NCBI GenBank assembly: GCA_048937405.1
Contig: JBHLNF010000011.1
Span: 32,001 to 96,000, forward strand
Direction: 5' to 3'
Length of the DNA stretch: 64,000 nucleotides
DNA from: Promethearchaeota archaeon
GTDB lineage: Archaea > Asgardarchaeota > Lokiarchaeia > Sigyniarchaeales > SOKP01
Under the pieces are notes generated by a model. The model did no database searches and had not been told where the DNA came from. It saw only the letters and a program-made list of their open reading frames with translations. Positions 38,489 through 48,908 of this stretch are shown one piece after another. The position numbers and the translations under genes were made by a program. Positions within the stretch are counted from its first letter, which is position 1, and every line of letters begins with the position of its first letter.

Positions 38489-39691
38489 TTAATTTTCTTC
38501 TAAATCGTGTAGAATCAATCCTGACAGAACTTTTGGATCAAACCAAGTAGATTTAGGAGGCATAACCTCACCTTTATTTGCAATTATCTCAAGATCTTTG
38601 ATATCTACTGGATATAAATTAAAAAATAAATCATTTCCTTTCTCTGTAACATATTTTTCCATTTTTTTGGGATCTTGAATACCTCCTACAAAGAAAATGT
38701 TTTCATCAGACCGTATATCAACAATATTCAAAATTGGTTTTAAGATATAATTCTGAAGAATTGCCACATCTAAACTATCTTTTTGGTTTTCAAATTTTTT
38801 ATTTTTAACGATGAGTTTATACCAATTACCTTTTAAGCAACATGCTATTACATTTTTTTTCTCTGGATTAAACGCTTGCTTCATTGGAATGATTTCAAAA
38901 TCTTTTTCTAATTTCTCCAAGAAAGATTTTTGTTCTAAAGATAATTTCTTAATTACACGGTTATATGGTAATATACGAATTTGATCATCTGATGCCACAT
39001 AGCATAATAAATATTCCCAAGGTGCTTTTAACTCCTTATTTCTATCTTGTTTCTGTAATTTCATTTTACGATATTCTGCAGCGCTAGCAGCCCTGTGATG
39101 TCCATCCGCAATGTAAATCTTTTTATCTTTAAATAAATCTGTTAGTTTTTTGATTACTTTTATATCAGTTTCTTGCCATAAAAGATGGCGATACCCATAT
39201 TTAGTAAAGTCAAATATAGGTTCTTTTTTTTCTATCCCTTCAACTAAAGAATTTATTTTTTTATTAGCCTCAAAAACTGTCCATACCAGACCTGCAGCAA
39301 CTTTTGATGCAGCAATATGATTGGTACGGTCTCTAAGTGGTTTTTCCCTCGTATGTTCATGTCTCACTATCGTACCATTTTCATAATCTTGAAGAGCAAC
39401 TCCAACTATTAATCCTTGATGACTAAAATTAGTAGATTCTTGACGATATATAAATATACTTGGATTATTTACCTTTTCAATTATCTCTATTTTCTTAAAA
39501 TTACTATAAGCAGTAGCAGCATTTCGATAAATTTGATCACCTTCTCCATTCGGTAATAAAAGATGTATTAATGAATTTGTATTTTTCTTTAACTCCTGTT
39601 CTTCTTCTTTACTTATAATATCATATGGATTAGTACAAAACTCTTTAGGATTAATAGGAATATAGGGTTTTAACGGAGAGATCAATACCAT
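38489..39691 (-). CDS. DUF1015 family protein (ParB/Srx-like)
   Basis: PYDII, HEHT, YIADGHHRAASA, ILPYNR, MPPKSTWFDPK. Confidence 0.9.
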   Translation of the reverse strand: MVLISPLKPYIPINPKEFCTNPYDIISKEEEQELKKNTNSLIHLLLPNGEGDQIYRNAATAYSNFKKIEIIEKVNNPSIFIYRQESTNFSHQGLIVGVALQDYENGTIVRHEHTREKPLRDRTNHIAASKVAAGLVWTVFEANKKINSLVEGIEKKEPIFDFTKYGYRHLLWQETDIKVIKKLTDLFKDKKIYIADGHHRAASAAEYRKMKLQKQDRNKELKAPWEYLLCYVASDDQIRILPYNRVIKKLSLEQKSFLEKLEKDFEIIPMKQAFNPEKKNVIACCLKGNWYKLIVKNKKFENQKDSLDVAILQNYILKPILNIVDIRSDENIFFVGGIQDPKKMEKYVTEKGNDLFFNLYPVDIKDLEIIANKGEVMPPKSTWFDPKVLSGLILHDLEEN

Positions 39692-39953
39692 GATATTATT
39701 TAAAAGTATTTGATAAATATATTAATTTCCATAACAAAATGAATTAATACAGCAAATTTTTCATATTTAATATATTTGAATTTAATAAAAATACTGTATT
39801 AAACTAAGAATTCTCATTACTTTCTATTTCGAAAATTATTTTAAACTAAGCTTTCTTAATAGATATAATTTTTTTTGTGAAAAAATTATTAAACATTTAA
39901 TTTATATAAATATCATTAAAATCTAACTTAAATCAAAATAAAGAGATATAAAT

Positions 39954-40952
39954 ATGCCGAAGGATTTAAGGAAAGCTCTAGACGGAATTGAATCAAGCGA
40001 GAAAGAGATAGCAACCATTCAGGCAAAGGTTGATAAACTTACTGCGTTAGTAGAGCGACAAAAAAAAATAATTACTGACCAAGAAGTAATAGTTGAACAA
40101 CAAAAAAGTAAAATTTCTCAAATGACTGATGTCCCAGCAGATATACTTGAATTAAAGGAGTTGATTGGAGAGCAAAGACATTTAATTAATGAGAAAGATA
40201 TTGAACTAGAATATGCAAAAGGGGAGATAGCTCAATATAAGAGAGAAATGGAATTAATAAAAAAGCAAATTGTACCAACTCAAAAAAAGTTAGAAGAAGC
40301 TTATGAAACTATGGGTAATTTAAGGACAGAATTAGCTGAAAAAAACTCAGAATTAATCTTAAAAAATGAAGCAATAAAAAATCATGAAAACAAAATACAA
40401 GAATTAGAAGCATTTACTGATAAATTCAAAGAAGAACAGGTCAAGATGATCAAGGAAATGGAAGAAAAGTACCGTACAGAAACTCAAGAACTAAAGGAAG
40501 AGATAGGCAAATTAGAAAACGTTTTAATGGACAGCAAATTAACTTCTACTGAAAAATCCTCAGAAGCGAAAGATGCAACTTCTAGACTCGAAAGTATGAA
40601 AGCGAAATTTGATGAATTAGTCAATAAGGTAGAAGATTTAGGTGATAAAAACAGAGACGCAAATGAAGAAATTGAGCGACTGAATAAAGAACTTATTAAT
40701 ATGAAGAATTTCCAGAAAGATAATATAGATAAAGTTAGTTTTTATGATAAATTGAAACCTTTAATGGAAAAAGAACCTCTTTTTAAAACTTTTTTAATAG
40801 TTGAAGAAGTAGGGGGAATAACATTAGAAGATCTTAAGAATGCATTAGGAGTTCCTATTGTTACTGTTAAAAAGAATATTCAACAGTTAGAAGATATTGG
40901 ACTTCTTGATACTGATGATCGAGGAAAAATTATTATTAAAAGTATAGAGTAA
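39954..40952 (+). CDS. Long coiled-coil protein with C-terminal winged helix
   Basis: About 260 aa of E/K/L heptads, then ITLEDLKNALGVPIVTVKKNIQQLEDIGLL. Confidence 0.75.
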   Translation: MPKDLRKALDGIESSEKEIATIQAKVDKLTALVERQKKIITDQEVIVEQQKSKISQMTDVPADILELKELIGEQRHLINEKDIELEYAKGEIAQYKREMELIKKQIVPTQKKLEEAYETMGNLRTELAEKNSELILKNEAIKNHENKIQELEAFTDKFKEEQVKMIKEMEEKYRTETQELKEEIGKLENVLMDSKLTSTEKSSEAKDATSRLESMKAKFDELVNKVEDLGDKNRDANEEIERLNKELINMKNFQKDNIDKVSFYDKLKPLMEKEPLFKTFLIVEEVGGITLEDLKNALGVPIVTVKKNIQQLEDIGLLDTDDRGKIIIKSIE

Positions 40953-41051
40953 TTAAATTCTACTATTTTATTTATTCAATTGTTGAAATTTTAAATTTCC
41001 TTCCAATTTTTAAATTGATTTAACAAAGAATTAAGGAGCTATTAAAGATTT

Positions 41052-41429
41052 TTAAATTTTGGCTAATTGTTCATATAAAGCTGGTAATACTTCCTTAAAT
41101 TTATCATCTGGAATTTTTTCTAATATTTCAGCAGCAATAGTTTTTAAGATCTCTCGATATTTACCAGGTTTTTCATCTCTTCGAAGCAAAAGTGCGACCA
41201 CATAATTTTCTACAGAAATAAAATCTTGACCTACTCCAGAGAAAAATGATACAACTTTATTGTTTTTAAGAGCAATAGAGGCAAATCCTGGTTTAAGACT
41301 CTGATAACGATGACTGGAATAAACTTGTGTGAGTAAATTATTAGTTATTTTTAATGTATCTGGATAAAATCCTTCATTGATCGGTCCAATTTCATTGTCC
41401 CAGCGGATTACAAGAATTCCTACAGGCAT
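41052..41429 (-). CDS. Small stand-alone uDENN/longin-like protein
   Basis: GILVIRWDNEIGP.....YP start is typical of uDENN/longin (F/W-D-x3-GP); YVVALLL strand and C-terminal helices. Confidence 0.65.
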   Translation of the reverse strand: MPVGILVIRWDNEIGPINEGFYPDTLKITNNLLTQVYSSHRYQSLKPGFASIALKNNKVVSFFSGVGQDFISVENYVVALLLRRDEKPGKYREILKTIAAEILEKIPDDKFKEVLPALYEQLAKI

Positions 41430-41709
41430 ATTTTTATACCAACAAATTTGTGTTTTGAAATAAATTTAAGAATAATAATTTAAAGACGTCATTCAATACA
41501 AGTTATCTTATAATTTTAATATCTTTCTTTTATTTATTTCTTTTTATTTTTATATATATTTGTATTATCTAACTATTAATTAATTCAGATTAAATCCCTA
41601 ATACAATTAATTTAAGAAAAAATTTAAATTAAAATTATAACTTTGATTTATTGTTGCCCTTAAAAGCTTAGAATTACTACTTTTAAAATAAAAATCTTAT
41701 TTTTTCATT

Positions 41710-41886
41710 GGAGGGGTTACCGAGTATGGTCAAAGCCATTTTACACCAAAATGGGTCAACTAAATTGCTAGTTTACACAAAACTATAGCAGGATAAGGTG
41801 CTGGACTTAAGATCCCGTGGCAAAGGCCTTCGTGGGTTCGAAATGTTATTAGGTTTCCTATAAACACGGTTTTCCCACCCCCTCCA
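41710..41886 (+). tRNA. tRNA-Leu(UAA) with two non-canonical introns (about 41735-41796 in the D arm; 41843-41872 in the T loop)
   Basis: GGAGGGG/CCCCTCC acceptor, ACC/GGT D stem, CT-TAA-GA loop, long variable arm; removing both inserts restores GGTCAAAGGTG and GTGGGTTCGAATCCCAC. Confidence 0.88.
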
Positions 41887-42055
41887 CACTAAAAAAAAGA
41901 TTCTTGAATAGTTTTAGCGGTTATAAAATTGAGGATTAATTTACTATAAAAGTAAATTTTCTATCTTTAAAACTATTAGAAAAAGAATTTAAACTAAGTA
42001 TACAATATTTTTACTAATCAAAATCATTAAAATTTTAAAAAATGGAGAAAGTGAT

Positions 42056-43336
42056 TTGAAACTTACAGAGATTATTGGATTGGAACAAAAACATGCTAAG
42101 CTATTAGAAAGTGAAGGAATCTCTAACACTGAAGATTTAATATCACTTACAAAAAATCAAATTGGAAAACTCGCGAGAAAAATAGGGATTGCTGTAAAAA
42201 CTCTTGATACTTGGCAAGAACACGCAGAATTAATGCAAATTCAAGGGGTGAATCCTGAAATTGCTAATGCATTAAACACCATTGGCATAGATTCTGTAAA
42301 GGAATTTGCACGAAGAAATCCTGAAAGCACATTAGAAAAGCTAAAACAATTAAAGAAAGATAAACCTAAAGTTCTAACAAAACTACCTCCTCAAAAAGAC
42401 GTTGAAAATTGGATTAAAATCGCAAAAGATATTTCAGGAACACCAGAAAAGAAGCCAGCAAAAAAACCAGAGAAAAAAGAAAAATCAAAGTCATCACCTA
42501 TACCACCAACGGATTATGTGCCAATAGAAGAATTTAAAGGTGATTATGGAGAATATGGACCAGATTATTGGAATAATAAATGGGAGACTGCACCAATAAT
42601 TTACACAGGGAGGGCATTGAGGGCTGAAGTATATAAAAAACAAATAGATGTTGATGTTAAAGCATTTATTAAAAAAAATGATGCGATATTATGGCATGTT
42701 ATAACCCAAGTAGGATTAAGGAGAGAAACTCCCAATGAAACGGCTTTTGTTATTCAGAATTTTGTTTGCAATTTCTTGAAATATAAATACGATGACTTAA
42801 CAGCTGAAGTTCCTGAATTTTGGTTATTCCCCTTCGAGAGTATCCAAGCAGAGGTCGGGGATTGTGAAGATGGAGCTATCCTGACTGCTGCTTTATTGAT
42901 TAATGCCGGTATCCCAAGTTGGCGTGTAAAAGTAGCAGCAGCAGAAGTATTAGCTGATCCTATTTTTGCACCATCAGATACTGAAGTAGGTGGTCATTCT
43001 TACTGTCTTTATCTTGCTGATAGACCAGATTCTAAAAGGAAATTGGAATGGGTGATCCTTGATTGGTGCTATTTACAAGACCCAGAGGTGCCAGTAGAGC
43101 AAAAACCATTAGCTAGAGATGGTGGAACGGAAGGTGCATATAAAGATGTCCTCTTTACATTTAACGATGAGTTTAGTTGGGCGCAAACTGCTTTAGAAGT
43201 TAAAGGAGGTCGGATTAGTAAAAATCGAACTACTAAAACAGATGAGATAATTGCCCCTATGAAGGATATTCTTAAACATTTAGCAGACGAAGAACTTAAA
43301 AAGATATTCAGAAAATATGGTATCTATATTGAGTGA
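42056..43336 (+). CDS. DUF4332 (HhH) domain fused to a transglutaminase-like Cys-His-Asp domain
   Basis: N-terminal LESEGISNTEDL...WQEHAELMQIQGV...IGIDSVKEFARRNP; C-terminal GDCEDGAIL, GGHSY, WVILDW. Confidence 0.8.
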   Translation: MKLTEIIGLEQKHAKLLESEGISNTEDLISLTKNQIGKLARKIGIAVKTLDTWQEHAELMQIQGVNPEIANALNTIGIDSVKEFARRNPESTLEKLKQLKKDKPKVLTKLPPQKDVENWIKIAKDISGTPEKKPAKKPEKKEKSKSSPIPPTDYVPIEEFKGDYGEYGPDYWNNKWETAPIIYTGRALRAEVYKKQIDVDVKAFIKKNDAILWHVITQVGLRRETPNETAFVIQNFVCNFLKYKYDDLTAEVPEFWLFPFESIQAEVGDCEDGAILTAALLINAGIPSWRVKVAAAEVLADPIFAPSDTEVGGHSYCLYLADRPDSKRKLEWVILDWCYLQDPEVPVEQKPLARDGGTEGAYKDVLFTFNDEFSWAQTALEVKGGRISKNRTTKTDEIIAPMKDILKHLADEELKKIFRKYGIYIE

Positions 43337-43534
43337 ACTTAACTAAATATTCTGGTGTTTTTAATCCATTATACTTTTAATTTTATGAAATACTGTTCTA
43401 AATAATCTTTTGAAAAAGTATAAACAAATAAATGAATCATTCAAATCTCAAATTTAGAAAAAAAAGATAAAATTGATAAAAAATAACTAATAGATTAATA
43501 GAACAATATTAAGTCCAATTTCTTATTACTTAAT

Positions 43535-45088
43535 TTAATTTTTTTCTATTTCCTCTTCAGTAGCACCCATTACTGGTGTATCAGTCCTCGAAAATACGAT
43601 GTTCATCTTTTTGATTGCGTGATATGGTGCGAGGGCCTCTTCAGATAAATCTTTTACGGTAACTCGTGCTCCTTGTTCACGAAGTGTATCCTGTAGTAAT
43701 TTAATGTCCAACTCTTTTGGAGTTATATTATTAATCGCAGCTAGCGCAGCAGCTGTACCTGCAGCTTGACCTTGACATATACTAGGTGTACAATATCTTA
43801 ATCCACCACCAGCAAAGGTTCCACATGAAAGTGTTGTACCTGCAGCCATAAGATTATCGATATCTTTAGAAACTAAACATCGATATGGTATATCATGAGG
43901 TAAGATATCATAAGCAAATCTCCCAACTACCTCATAGATATCCGGAGGCATATTATTTATTGCAATAGAGTCCTCAAATGTCTTTCCCTTACGCATATCT
44001 CCTACTGTTAAGACATAATCACCCTTTAATTTATGTCCAATCCCTGTACATGGAAGGTTGGGTGTGCTTTCAATATAAGAGTTCTCAAAACCAGGTACAT
44101 TCTCCTTAAGCATTTTAAAGACTGCCCATACTTGCTTTCTAAGATCAAATTCGCAATCAGTCAACTCCTCAACCTCCCAACTCTTTGCACCAGGTTTAAT
44201 TCTATGGATTGCATTCATTACATATATCCGTCCCGCATTATATACATCTTGTATTTCAGAAAGAACAACAGCTTCACCTTTAATGTAAGCTCCTTCTTCT
44301 TTCGCTTTTTTAATCAAACTTTTACCAGAATACATTTGTCCCCATTCTTTACGATTTTCTCTTTTAAAAGCTCTGAATTTTTCTATATCTACTCCAGCAA
44401 TAAAGAATGCATTTAAATAACCTCCAGCTCTACCCTTATTTCGTCCAATGGGGATTCCCTGATCTCCCATGCTAGCAGCTCCTGATTTCCATATGATATC
44501 TCCTTCTCCTGAAACATCTATTATTACTTTTCCTAAAATTGCTTTCCTTCCTTCCTTGGATTCAATGATAATACCTTTAAGTAAATTATCTTCCCTTATA
44601 ACATCAGCCGCAAAAGTATGATACAAGATCTTAACACCAGCTTCTTCCATCATGGTTTCAAGAAGAAACTTGTAATGTTCCATATCAAAACAAAGACCCC
44701 AACATCCCCAATAACCTGCTTCTGTCTCAACCAAGCGTTTCGGGAGATTTTCTGCTCCAACAGCTTTCATTACTAGATCTTTCAACCTAGTTCTCACACT
44801 CCTAGGAATTTCATCCACATTTTTTAGACCTCCACCTTCTTTAAGACGCCTAAGAATTTCTTGCATAATCCCACCATGCAACTCAGGATCGACAAATGAA
44901 AATATTGGATTATTTCCCTGTACTTGTAACCCTCCCATACTCCCAAACCTTTCTACTAGAAGAGTTTTAGCGCCATTTCTTCCAGAAGCAATGGCAGCAC
45001 CTATCCCTGCTGGACCAGCTCCAACAACTATAACATCTACTTCATCCATTACTTCAATCTTTTTTTCAGGTTCAATAATTTCTTTCAT
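43535..45088 (-). CDS. FAD-dependent oxidoreductase (FAD_oxidored family)
   Basis: VVGAGPAG, LLVER.GSMGG, IDVSGEGD, DIPYRCLV, GQAAGTAAA. Confidence 0.88.
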   Translation of the reverse strand: MKEIIEPEKKIEVMDEVDVIVVGAGPAGIGAAIASGRNGAKTLLVERFGSMGGLQVQGNNPIFSFVDPELHGGIMQEILRRLKEGGGLKNVDEIPRSVRTRLKDLVMKAVGAENLPKRLVETEAGYWGCWGLCFDMEHYKFLLETMMEEAGVKILYHTFAADVIREDNLLKGIIIESKEGRKAILGKVIIDVSGEGDIIWKSGAASMGDQGIPIGRNKGRAGGYLNAFFIAGVDIEKFRAFKRENRKEWGQMYSGKSLIKKAKEEGAYIKGEAVVLSEIQDVYNAGRIYVMNAIHRIKPGAKSWEVEELTDCEFDLRKQVWAVFKMLKENVPGFENSYIESTPNLPCTGIGHKLKGDYVLTVGDMRKGKTFEDSIAINNMPPDIYEVVGRFAYDILPHDIPYRCLVSKDIDNLMAAGTTLSCGTFAGGGLRYCTPSICQGQAAGTAAALAAINNITPKELDIKLLQDTLREQGARVTVKDLSEEALAPYHAIKKMNIVFSRTDTPVMGATEEEIEKN

Positions 45089-45178
45089 AATAATAACTTC
45101 TTATTATAAAAACTAAGTTTACTAATTAAGTTATAATAATTTCTGTAAAACTTAAATTTTATTTAATAATCATTTTTT

Positions 45179-45805
45179 CTATTCATCGAAATTTTCTTGA
45201 AATAATGATTCTCCACAGTTAGGACAAAAAGCAACCTCTCGACCTATTTCAGATCCACATTTAGTACACATGATTTTAAAATCTAAAGTTGGAGGAATAT
45301 TCTGTATAACATTTTTAAAAGTGTTACTGAGAGCATCTTGTATTTCTGCAATTTTTTTGCTTTTTTCTTGATTTGGGAAGGAGTGTATAAAAATAGAAGA
45401 TAGTTCGACAAGAAAATTCTCAACAAACTTGAGTTGTTCATAATAATTTTTATTTACCTTAAATTTCAATAATTTTTCTCCTACCTCAGTCAGTGAATAT
45501 ACTTTTCTTAAGGGTCCTATTGGACTTTTTACTTGCTTGGCTTTTAAAAATCCATCTTTTTCTAATTTTCTTAATATTGGATATATTGTACCAGAACGTG
45601 CCTCCCATGTTCCTGCAAAATGTCTATTTAAATTCCTAATTAAATCATACCCAGAAAGTTGTTGACTATTAAAAATAGTTTCAATAATAGTAAATTCAAG
45701 TGGGGTAAGTTTACTTTTTTGAAGACCTTTAAGTAATTCTTCTTTTATAACAGAACTAAGTTCTTCAATAACATCCTCAAGATTCAGAAATTTGCCCAAC
45801 CACAT
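45179..45805 (-). CDS. PadR-family transcription regulator with C-terminal zinc ribbon
   Basis: GYDLI, GTIYPILRKLEKDG, RKVYSLT..G; CTKCG...FCPNCG. Confidence 0.88.
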   Translation of the reverse strand: MWLGKFLNLEDVIEELSSVIKEELLKGLQKSKLTPLEFTIIETIFNSQQLSGYDLIRNLNRHFAGTWEARSGTIYPILRKLEKDGFLKAKQVKSPIGPLRKVYSLTEVGEKLLKFKVNKNYYEQLKFVENFLVELSSIFIHSFPNQEKSKKIAEIQDALSNTFKNVIQNIPPTLDFKIMCTKCGSEIGREVAFCPNCGESLFQENFDE

Positions 45806-45817
45806 TTTATACTTAAT

Positions 45818-46339
45818 CTAAATATTTCTATGTTGTTTTTTTCTCATCTTTTCCAATTCTTTCTCAATCGCTCGCTCTTTTCTTGATACTTGTTTTCCAG
45901 ATTTTTCAACTTTTTTACTGAAAAATTGCATATATAAAATTATATGGAAAATGACAGCCATACCCCAGAAAATCGCAGGAAAATTCGCCCAATAAACTTC
46001 CTCTAGAGTAAAAATGTTAACAATATATAAAAATACTATAACAGAAATAAAGGATACAATGTGGAAGATTACCCCTCGCTTAGCCATTGGATAAACACCT
46101 CTTGCATATAAAATATACGCTGTAATGTGCATACTAACTCCTATTAACCATGAAAATAATGGAAAAATAAACCAATAAAGTAAGGGTGTATAAAGTATAT
46201 TTATTAAGATAAGCAATAAGTTAATAACAATATAAACAATAAAATGAATCTTCACAGAAAACCTATAACTTACCTTTTGTGCGGCAATCATTCTTAAATT
46301 TTCATCAGAAAATCCAGAATTTTCATTCATTAATATCAC
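45818..46339 (-). CDS. Tandem 2TM-domain membrane protein
   Basis: Two repeats of H..vy..in.ll..in......W..fP...W..gl..H. Confidence 0.75.
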   Translation of the reverse strand: MILMNENSGFSDENLRMIAAQKVSYRFSVKIHFIVYIVINLLLILINILYTPLLYWFIFPLFSWLIGVSMHITAYILYARGVYPMAKRGVIFHIVSFISVIVFLYIVNIFTLEEVYWANFPAIFWGMAVIFHIILYMQFFSKKVEKSGKQVSRKERAIEKELEKMRKKQHRNI

Positions 46340-46689
46340 TTTGAATCAATTAAATTATTAGAAAGATGAATTAACTTTATTTTTATTTAATAAATACTCA
46401 TATATATATCTATTGTTGATTCTACCTAGCGGTTGAATATGTAAAGATTTCCATGAAATCTTTAAAATTGAAAATTCGACATTTTATTAATCCAAGATAA
46501 ATAATGAACTATGTTGATTTTGATCAGTTCCTTTTCTAGATTCTTAAGATCTATAGTATTGTCAAAAATAATACTAATTATACTCGGAATAATAAAATCT
46601 TTCAATATGATTAGGAGTAGCAAAAACTATAAATATCAAATTTTGTAATTAATCTAAATCCTGCGTTAAATAAGATCAGCAAGTTTAAT

Positions 46690-47343
46690 ATGTCGAGTTT
46701 ATCAGATTATCTCGAAAAATTAGAAGCTTGGGACAAAAAAGCTTTCTTGAGTGTTTATAAAAGTGATTTTAGCAGGAGAACTAAAAAATTTGCTATTGTG
46801 TATGGATTTTTTGGTTCATTGTATTTTTGGGGTCTTGTTTGGCTAATTTGGTTTATTTATGGATATGTTACAAAAGATTACTATTTACTTGTACTCTTTA
46901 CAGGAGGTTTTGAGCAGAGTGTTATTATCCATAGTCTTATTCGCTACAAAATAATAAAAAGAAACCGCCCATTCATCACACTTAAAGAAAGTGGGGTGAA
47001 AAAGCACGACGACTTCATCAGAATTCCATACATAATGAAAGAATCCGAAAAACAATCATTTCCCTCTGGACATGTTACATTTTTATTATTCTTTGGATTT
47101 GTTTTTGCTTATTTTTTTTCAACATACTTTTGGATTATCTTATCGATTTTTATTATTTTGGATATTCTAATGGCAGTTACAAGATTGATACTCGGTGTAC
47201 ACTTCCCTATTGATGTAATCTTTGGATTTATTTTCGGAATGCTTTACGCGTTTTTATATTTAGGAATTACTTATATCTATTGGGTGAGATTTTATTATTG
47301 GTTGGGAGAAACTTTTTCACCAATAATCCACTTTTGGCTATAA
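46690..47343 (+). CDS. PAP2-family membrane phosphatase
   Basis: KRNRP, SFPSGH, TRLILGVHFPIDV. Confidence 0.9.
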   Translation: MSSLSDYLEKLEAWDKKAFLSVYKSDFSRRTKKFAIVYGFFGSLYFWGLVWLIWFIYGYVTKDYYLLVLFTGGFEQSVIIHSLIRYKIIKRNRPFITLKESGVKKHDDFIRIPYIMKESEKQSFPSGHVTFLLFFGFVFAYFFSTYFWIILSIFIILDILMAVTRLILGVHFPIDVIFGFIFGMLYAFLYLGITYIYWVRFYYWLGETFSPIIHFWL

Positions 47344-47558
47344 TATAAAAATATATTCTTTTACATTAGTTTTATCCTATTATTATAACTTATTCTGGTT
47401 ATTCATTTAATATATATTAAGCAAAAATTGCAGAATTCTTTTTTGTTTTGAAAAAAATAAATGAAAATAAAGATTTAATGAACATTTCAAGAAAATAATA
47501 CAAATTAGGAGGATATCTAAAAATTTTTTTGTTATAATCTTCTTGTCCAATTAATAGT

Positions 47559-48866
47559 ATGAAATTAATTATAAAAGATAGAAAAAAACAAAAAGTGCAA
47601 TATCATCACAAATTTACTTCAGATTTCGACTCAGTAATATTTATTGTTTTATGGAATTCTCTTGGTTTCTTTTTCATAGAATTTATAATGAATTACTATA
47701 TTTTTAAAGTTTTAGGATACCCTGCTTATAATGTAGGGTTCTATTTTGCAGCTATTACAGTTGGAGGATTAACAAGCTCAATTTTCATTGGATATCTCAC
47801 CGATCGTTTTTCCAAAAAATTATTAGTCATGATAGGAGCTTTTGGGAGAGGGTTCTCTTATTTTGGATTATATACTGCTATAATCATGGAGTCTCTAATA
47901 GGTATGTATATAAGTGCCTTTCTTTTAGGATTGGGGGCTTATATTTTTTGGAATCCATTAGATACAATAATCTCAGAAAAATCTTCAAAACATCATCGAT
48001 CCTCTGCTTTTGGGAAGAGAAGATTTGCTTTAGGCATTGGAATGGCGCTTGGAACAGTAATAGGATTTTTAGTATTTATTATCTCAACTTTTTTCTTTCC
48101 AGGTAATGCATTTTTATTATTTGGGGCTATTCCTATATTTGGAATCTCAAATATAATTGCAGGGATTCGTTTCTCAAGAAATGTTGATGAAAACAAAAAA
48201 TTTGAATATCCTCAGATTGAAATTGAAAATAAAGTCGACTCCGAATTAGAAATAACTGATGAATCTTCAAAAAAATCACTAAATATGGTTTATTATTTTA
48301 GTATCCTAATATTATTTACTGGTTTTTTTTTAACTGCAATCAATTTTGGACTTTATAGACCTTATATTCAAACTTATGTACTTACATATATTAGTGATAA
48401 TCCTGTTTTAGTTGCATTTTTTTATTTACCAGCATCATTAATAGGTACATTAATCGCACCAAAATTAGGAACTATAGCTGATAGACTTAATACATACTTA
48501 ACTATTACTATAGCAAGTTTTTTAGGTGGAATAGTAACCTGGTTAATTATTTATTCTAAAGATTTATGGATATTTGCAATTTTACTTATCATTGATAATA
48601 CAATAATGTTAACTGTTAGTTTTGTATTTGTAAATTTCCTTAGTCGCGTTTCAATAAAACATAGGGGAAAAATATTTAGTATAATTAGCTTTTTTGAAAA
48701 TTTCGGTATGATAATAGGTCCGGTCTTAGGAGGAATCGTATGGGAAAGTATCACCCCTCAAGCACCATTTATAATCTCAATTATTGTTGAATGGTCTCTA
48801 ATACCTTTTTTTCTAATTGGAATGAAGCTTCTAAGCCCCAATCTTAGTGAATCTATTGAGGACTAA
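47559..48866 (+). CDS. MFS transporter
   Basis: GYLTDRFSKK and GTIADRLN motif A; about 12 TM. Confidence 0.9.
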   Translation: MKLIIKDRKKQKVQYHHKFTSDFDSVIFIVLWNSLGFFFIEFIMNYYIFKVLGYPAYNVGFYFAAITVGGLTSSIFIGYLTDRFSKKLLVMIGAFGRGFSYFGLYTAIIMESLIGMYISAFLLGLGAYIFWNPLDTIISEKSSKHHRSSAFGKRRFALGIGMALGTVIGFLVFIISTFFFPGNAFLLFGAIPIFGISNIIAGIRFSRNVDENKKFEYPQIEIENKVDSELEITDESSKKSLNMVYYFSILILFTGFFLTAINFGLYRPYIQTYVLTYISDNPVLVAFFYLPASLIGTLIAPKLGTIADRLNTYLTITIASFLGGIVTWLIIYSKDLWIFAILLIIDNTIMLTVSFVFVNFLSRVSIKHRGKIFSIISFFENFGMIIGPVLGGIVWESITPQAPFIISIIVEWSLIPFFLIGMKLLSPNLSESIED

Positions 48867-48908
48867 AAAGAAAGGAATAAAAATTAAAATTCTAAATTTA
48901 ATAAACAG

